In this document: in pieces, positions 25,450 to 29,552 of the stretch | How positions within the stretch are numbered: the stretch's first letter is position 1 | Layout of the letters: each line of letters starts with the position of its first letter | Virus record (IMG/VR): IMGVR_UViG_3300017963_000617 | Location: 1-29,552 of that record | Direction: 5' to 3' (one strand) | From: a virus | Taxonomy: Duplodnaviria; Caudoviricetes | Length of the DNA stretch: 29,552 bases | Program-made: the position numbers and the translations under genes | The notes under the pieces: generated by a model | The model's database searches: none | What the model was told of the DNA's origin: nothing | The model's input: the letters and a program-made list of their open reading frames with translations, nothing else

Positions 25450-27498
25450 TCAAGCAACCGACCGACGCGCCGTCTTCCGTTCAAGATAGTCCAAAACATA
25501 AGGCGTCCGGATCAGCTTTTCGACCGCTTCCTTCGCGGCGCCGTCTTTTATCTTCGCGCGTTGCGCCTGTAGCACCTGCGCCGACAACCATATTTCCTGC
25601 AAACAAATGTTATAGACCTTCAGGTCTAACGCTTCGTTCCGGCGACTGCTAGGTTTCCAAAATGTTCCGTCGTCGCGCTGTTCTTCGGCTGTCAACATCT
25701 TGTAATAGTCGTCAGGATAGTCGGACGGGTGATCCATGAAATTCGGTCGCTGCGGATACGCCGCGCGCCGCTTGATTTTCAAATTTTGGTAAACCTGTTT
25801 TTTGTACCAGTTGGTAGAAATTTGGTATGTTGTCGTTCCCGACTTCTTGCGTTCGCGAAATCGGTCGGTATCTGAATACATTTCCGCGTCGTGAACTTCG
25901 TCGATATTGCCCGTCGTTTTTTTGAGCGACCGAAATCCTTTAATCGGAAACGTGTTGTTCCAACGCTGGCAAAACTGAAAAACGATGTTTTGAACCTTCC
26001 CGTCCGCCGAATCGATCCCGATTATCTGCGGCGAAAACCGAAATCCGTCCGACCGGTGAAACACAAGACCGCCCTTCGCCGCCCAATTGTGCATTTGTTC
26101 CCAGGCGCCCGCGAACGGGTCGTTGATCGGACCTCTAAAAACTTTGTACACAATCGACCACGTCCGATATCCGCGACCATGCGCGCAGACCTCCAGTTCA
26201 AGACGCGGGCCGAATTCGGTCGACCGCTTGCGTCCCGCCTGAACGTCAACCGCCATAGTCAGAAACAACGGGCCGGGTTGGTAATCCGGAATTATGCCGG
26301 ACTTGTAGTCGCCCGCTTGGTCCTGAATTTCGCGCGGGTTCGGTTTGCTTCCAAGTTCCCGATAGGGCAAACCCAAATCGGTGTTCACAAACGCGCGACG
26401 CTTCAACGGTTGATCTTCGCTGTTAATATGCGTCTGAATAATCGTCGCCCAGTCCTCCATTAATGAATAAACCGCGCTGATATGATACGACCGCCGATAG
26501 GGCGAACCGCTGCGCGCCGTCGGTTCCCATTGTCCCGCCTGAACCATTTCGTATTTTTTCGATTCGGGAATAGGTTCGTCGCAGTTCGCGCATTGATAAT
26601 AAATCGACCGTTCGTCAAGCAATCCGTCGGTCAATTCCCACTTCAACCCCGGCCCGTTGTCGGTTTCGTCCTGATCGTCGCTGTAACCGAATTCAAGCGT
26701 CTGTCGTTCGCCGCAAAACGGACACGGGACTTGATACCTTCGCCGGTCGCCGGATTCGTACAAAGGCCATATATGCGATTCTTCGAAGGTCGTCGGCGTC
26801 GACGTATAAAGGATTTTTTTGCGCTTCTTCCAGGCTTTTGTCCTTGCTTCGGCAATGCTGACCGGGTCGCCTTCCTTGTCGACGTTCCAAGCATAACCGT
26901 CGACTTCGTCAAGAATCAGGTTCCGGATCGAATCCATACGCATCCCGGCCGCGCTTCCCGCCGTCGTCATGTCCAACGACCCGCCCGGAAATTCTTTTGA
27001 AAACATTGTATTTCCGGTGCGACGCTGTCCTTTCATGACGTGTTGTGGTACAAGCTTACCTTCCAACCCGCAGGAAACAAGAAGCGGCGTCAGTCGTTTA
27101 TTGACCCACTTCTTCAACAGCTTTTCGTTCGCTGTACAATACAAAATCGGACCGGGAACGCTTCTAATCACATACGCGATCAGGTTTTCGATCATAGCGG
27201 TCGCGCCGACCTGCGCGGACTTCGCAAGGATTATTTCGCGAATCGGTGAACTTGCCGACAGGCATTCCATGATTTCAACTAAATAAGGCGTTCGTTCGTT
27301 TTTCCATGGCCCTGGATAGGGCGTCCCGCGCGGAAGGCGTCGGTGCTTCGCTGCGAATTCCGCAACCGTCAAAGTCGGAATTCGGGTCGGACAGTCGTCA
27401 ATCATGCGTTGAAGGTCAGCATATATCCGCGCGCATTCGGCGGGCGGAATGACTAACGTCGTTTCAATCCGCTTCGGTTTTTGGTTCTTCCTGGTCAT
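25450..27498 (-). CDS. terL: Terminase large subunit, lambda gpA family
   Basis: RTPYL.EIM, Walker A KSAQVGAT, Walker B LILDEVD, STPT coupling motif, CPFC/CANC, nuclease AVDVQ and RNEALD motifs. Confidence 0.96.
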   Translation of the reverse strand: MTRKNQKPKRIETTLVIPPAECARIYADLQRMIDDCPTRIPTLTVAEFAAKHRRLPRGTPYPGPWKNERTPYLVEIMECLSASSPIREIILAKSAQVGATAMIENLIAYVIRSVPGPILYCTANEKLLKKWVNKRLTPLLVSCGLEGKLVPQHVMKGQRRTGNTMFSKEFPGGSLDMTTAGSAAGMRMDSIRNLILDEVDGYAWNVDKEGDPVSIAEARTKAWKKRKKILYTSTPTTFEESHIWPLYESGDRRRYQVPCPFCGERQTLEFGYSDDQDETDNGPGLKWELTDGLLDERSIYYQCANCDEPIPESKKYEMVQAGQWEPTARSGSPYRRSYHISAVYSLMEDWATIIQTHINSEDQPLKRRAFVNTDLGLPYRELGSKPNPREIQDQAGDYKSGIIPDYQPGPLFLTMAVDVQAGRKRSTEFGPRLELEVCAHGRGYRTWSIVYKVFRGPINDPFAGAWEQMHNWAAKGGLVFHRSDGFRFSPQIIGIDSADGKVQNIVFQFCQRWNNTFPIKGFRSLKKTTGNIDEVHDAEMYSDTDRFRERKKSGTTTYQISTNWYKKQVYQNLKIKRRAAYPQRPNFMDHPSDYPDDYYKMLTAEEQRDDGTFWKPSSRRNEALDLKVYNICLQEIWLSAQVLQAQRAKIKDGAAKEAVEKLIRTPYVLDYLERKTARRSVA

Positions 27499-28712
27499 AA
27501 CGCTAAAGCAAGTTGGCGCGTCGCACGGTCGACCCGTTCAACCGCCGCGTCGAAATAGTCCTTGTTTTTTTCTATCCCTATGAACGAAACGTTTTCTTCA
27601 TGCGCGGCGATTCCCGTCGTCCCGCTTCCCATGAACGGATCTAGCACCGTTCCGCCCGGCGGCGAAACAAGGCGGATCAGATAAGACATTAACTTAACCG
27701 GTTTGACCGTCGGATGCCGGTTGTCTTCGCCGCGTTCCGCCGCGCTTGCCTTCGCAACGTAGAAAAAACGCGAAGCGGTTCCAGTGTCATTGAACCCAAA
27801 AGGTTTACCATTTGTCACACCGGAAAAATCACCATAACAACCTTTTGATTTGTTCCTTCCTTCTGTTCCGTATCCGCCGCCAACGCCCGCGCTTTGCCGG
27901 TCCAGTTCCGCAACCGGACAGCCGTCGGAACATTCGCCCGGTTCGCAATCTGGCGAATGCGTCAGGATTACGTTCGCGGGCCAGCGGCCGGACGCGGGAA
28001 CAAAATCGTCGCCGCCCTTCCCAGTGTTAAACATTGAACCGCCTTTTGTCGTGTTGCGGTCCCGCGTGAAATAATTTCCTTCAATCCGACAACCGTCGAT
28101 ATTCAGCGCGCCGGTTCCATGCTCCAGAACGTTCTTGACCACTGTCCCCTTGAACGGTTTCCTGCCCACGCAGATGGGCTCATTGGCGGGCTTAAGCGCG
28201 GTGCCCCATCCGCTCCACTGAGCGGCGGCGGGTGTGGCGGGGGCGGTTATGTTGCGTATTAGCGGATCAGTGTTTTTATTAGGTCCACTTATCCCCCGCC
28301 CGTTGCTGGAGTTCCCGCGAATATCATTCGTTAAAGTTTCCACGCCCACAACAGGTCGCACTTCGCCCGCCGCCTTGTCAATCGCCTTCGACACGTCAAG
28401 CGACTTCGGAAATCCTGAACCATACAACCATTGTATTTGGTCGCGTATTTCAAAACCGCCGTCTTCGATATTGACGACCATTCGATGATATGTCCGCGTC
28501 CCGCCGAATGACAAAAGATGTCCGCCAGGTTTCAACACGCGACAGACTTCGCGCCATAGGTCAACCGGCGGAACGTCATAATCCCAATTTTTTCCCATGA
28601 ACGATAAACCATAAGGCGGATCGGTCACAACCGCGTCGACCGAATTCGACTCCATGGTTTGCAAAACTTCAAAACAATCGCCGTGAATCAATTCGCGCGT
28701 CGGTTGTTTCAT
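27495..28712 (-). CDS. Orphan DNA amino-methyltransferase (N6-adenine/N4-cytosine, beta class)
   Basis: GDC, VTDPPY near the N-terminus, HPTVKP and VLDPFMGSGTTG near the C-terminus; ATGA overlaps with both terS and terL. Confidence 0.93.
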   Translation of the reverse strand: MKQPTRELIHGDCFEVLQTMESNSVDAVVTDPPYGLSFMGKNWDYDVPPVDLWREVCRVLKPGGHLLSFGGTRTYHRMVVNIEDGGFEIRDQIQWLYGSGFPKSLDVSKAIDKAAGEVRPVVGVETLTNDIRGNSSNGRGISGPNKNTDPLIRNITAPATPAAAQWSGWGTALKPANEPICVGRKPFKGTVVKNVLEHGTGALNIDGCRIEGNYFTRDRNTTKGGSMFNTGKGGDDFVPASGRWPANVILTHSPDCEPGECSDGCPVAELDRQSAGVGGGYGTEGRNKSKGCYGDFSGVTNGKPFGFNDTGTASRFFYVAKASAAERGEDNRHPTVKPVKLMSYLIRLVSPPGGTVLDPFMGSGTTGIAAHEENVSFIGIEKNKDYFDAAVERVDRATRQLALAL

Positions 28713-29377
28713 GCCTTCTTGCCCTTGGTTTTCTTCCCGTCAACCGGCGGTTCAACCGGCGGGACCGGTTCAACCGGAACGTCGCCTTCGTCCGGCGACG
28801 TCATAATATACTTCGCACCGTCGACCGGCGGCGAAACCGCTTCGGCCGCGCGCTTCGCCTTTTCAATTACGTCGCTGATCTGCGTCTTCAATTCTTCTTC
28901 AATCGCGCGTTCCGGTGTTTCACTGGCGCGCGCTTTCATCCATATGATATCAGCTATCGATTCCGGCATATAGATCAAGTCGTTCAAAAGAAAATCGTAA
29001 AACGCGCCGAATTTCTGTTGAATCGCTTCGCAATCGATAATGACGCCTAGCTTTTCGGCATATTCCAAGGACTTCAGGTCAGCTTGCGCCTTCTTGTAAC
29101 GCGTATCTTCGACGCCCTTCTGAACCGGGTCGAACCCTTCGCCTTCAAACGCGCGTTGCGCCGCTTCCCGAATTACCTGACCGCGACCCTTCTTCGCGTT
29201 CTTCTTCTTGTCCTTCGCCTGATAACGAATCGACTTCGGCGCGTTCGCGTCAACCTTCCCGTCGACCAGTTCGATTTCGCCGCGCGTCACCGCGTTCTGA
29301 ATCGCGACCGGCGTCACGTCGCAGATCTTCGCGAACCTGTACTTTGTTACAAGATTTTGTTCAGGCGCCGCGTCCAT
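28709..29377 (-). CDS. terS: Terminase small subunit (Nu1-like)
   Basis: N-terminal HTH-like VTKYRFAKICDVTPVAIQNAVTRG, central KAQADLKSLEYAEKLG helix and Pro-rich tail; first gene of the packaging operon. Start re-called to ATG 29377. Confidence 0.75.
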   Translation of the reverse strand: MDAAPEQNLVTKYRFAKICDVTPVAIQNAVTRGEIELVDGKVDANAPKSIRYQAKDKKKNAKKGRGQVIREAAQRAFEGEGFDPVQKGVEDTRYKKAQADLKSLEYAEKLGVIIDCEAIQQKFGAFYDFLLNDLIYMPESIADIIWMKARASETPERAIEEELKTQISDVIEKAKRAAEAVSPPVDGAKYIMTSPDEGDVPVEPVPPVEPPVDGKKTKGKKA

Positions 29378-29383
29378 AATGAT

Positions 29384-29417
29384 ATAATAAACCAACCTTT
29401 GACAGAAAACAACTGTC
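29384..29417 (-). promoter_or_regulatory. Candidate terS promoter (-10 TATTAT at 29389-29384) with inverted repeat GACAG-N7-CTGTC (29401-29417)
   Basis: AT-rich non-coding region; the -10-like box lies 6 nt before the ATG and the inverted repeat covers the expected -35 position. Confidence 0.4.
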
Positions 29418-29552
29418 CAAAAAACGCTTATATTCTATGTACTTAAAGGAAATCACGAATTTCGGACACAATGAATATTTTTCCACTTAGAGTGTATTAT
29501 ATTCAATCAAAATCCGTTATAGTTGCGAAAGCTGGCGCGACGCGACATACAG

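Larger units (their letters stand above)
24800..25457. repeat. 11-bp direct repeat CTGTCAAGCAA (24800-24810 and 25447-25457) flanking the HNH cassette
   Basis: Exact match; the right copy contains the terL stop codon and the left copy contains the gpW -35 box. Confidence 0.85.
1..29552 (-). mobile_element. Tailed phage/prophage structural region: lambda-like head plus Mu-like contractile tail (myovirus morphotype)
   Basis: Co-oriented, overlapping ORFs in canonical order terS-terL-gpW-portal-protease-decoration-capsid-neck-sheath-tube-chaperone-TMP-baseplate-fibre-lysis. No integrase, att site or host genes in the window, so free phage versus prophage cannot be decided. Confidence 0.97.

Noticed and set aside
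28730-28835. Short repeats at the terS C-terminus (PPVDG twice, PVEP twice)
   Set aside because: Low-complexity proline-rich protein tail, not a DNA-level element.
111-29446. Numerous plus-strand and alternate-frame ORFs in the track (e.g. 2784-3422, 5395-5949, 19172-19819, 25891-26463)
   Set aside because: They are shadows of well-supported minus-strand genes, with Arg/Ser/Pro-rich or antisense-type composition and no recognisable motifs.
1-29552. tRNA, rRNA, integrase/att site, IS element or CRISPR array
   Set aside because: None recognisable; nearly all the sequence is accounted for by phage coding regions.

Overview
The whole window is the virion-morphogenesis arm of a tailed phage or prophage, encoded almost entirely on the minus strand with tight TAATG/ATGA gene overlaps. 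Read right to left, it starts with a lambda-type packaging and head module: terS, an inserted beta-class DNA methyltransferase, gpA-type terL, gpW, portal, S49 protease with a nested scaffold, head decoration protein, major capsid protein and FI/FII-position genes. A Mu-like contractile tail module follows: sheath, tube, chaperone with a programmed -1 frameshift, tape measure, DNA-circularization protein, LysM-hub, gp45/46/47/48-like baseplate and two receptor-binding fibres. It ends with a signal-peptide lytic transglycosylase, a membrane coiled-coil protein and a VRR-NUC nuclease. The most unusual observations are five. (1) The same ungapped 80-aa domain is inserted in both the head-closure protein and baseplate J, with a related domain in a fibre tip. 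(2) A 647-bp HNH cassette between terL and gpW is bounded by an 11-bp direct repeat and carries two tandem promoter-hairpin units that look like ~65-nt sRNA genes. (3) GAG/CTC is strongly depleted on both strands, with local patches that escape the depletion. (4) A four-gene fibre-like cassette sits between portal and protease. (5) A one-base frameshift splits the protease gene. All family calls come from motif recognition and synteny; no database searches were run.
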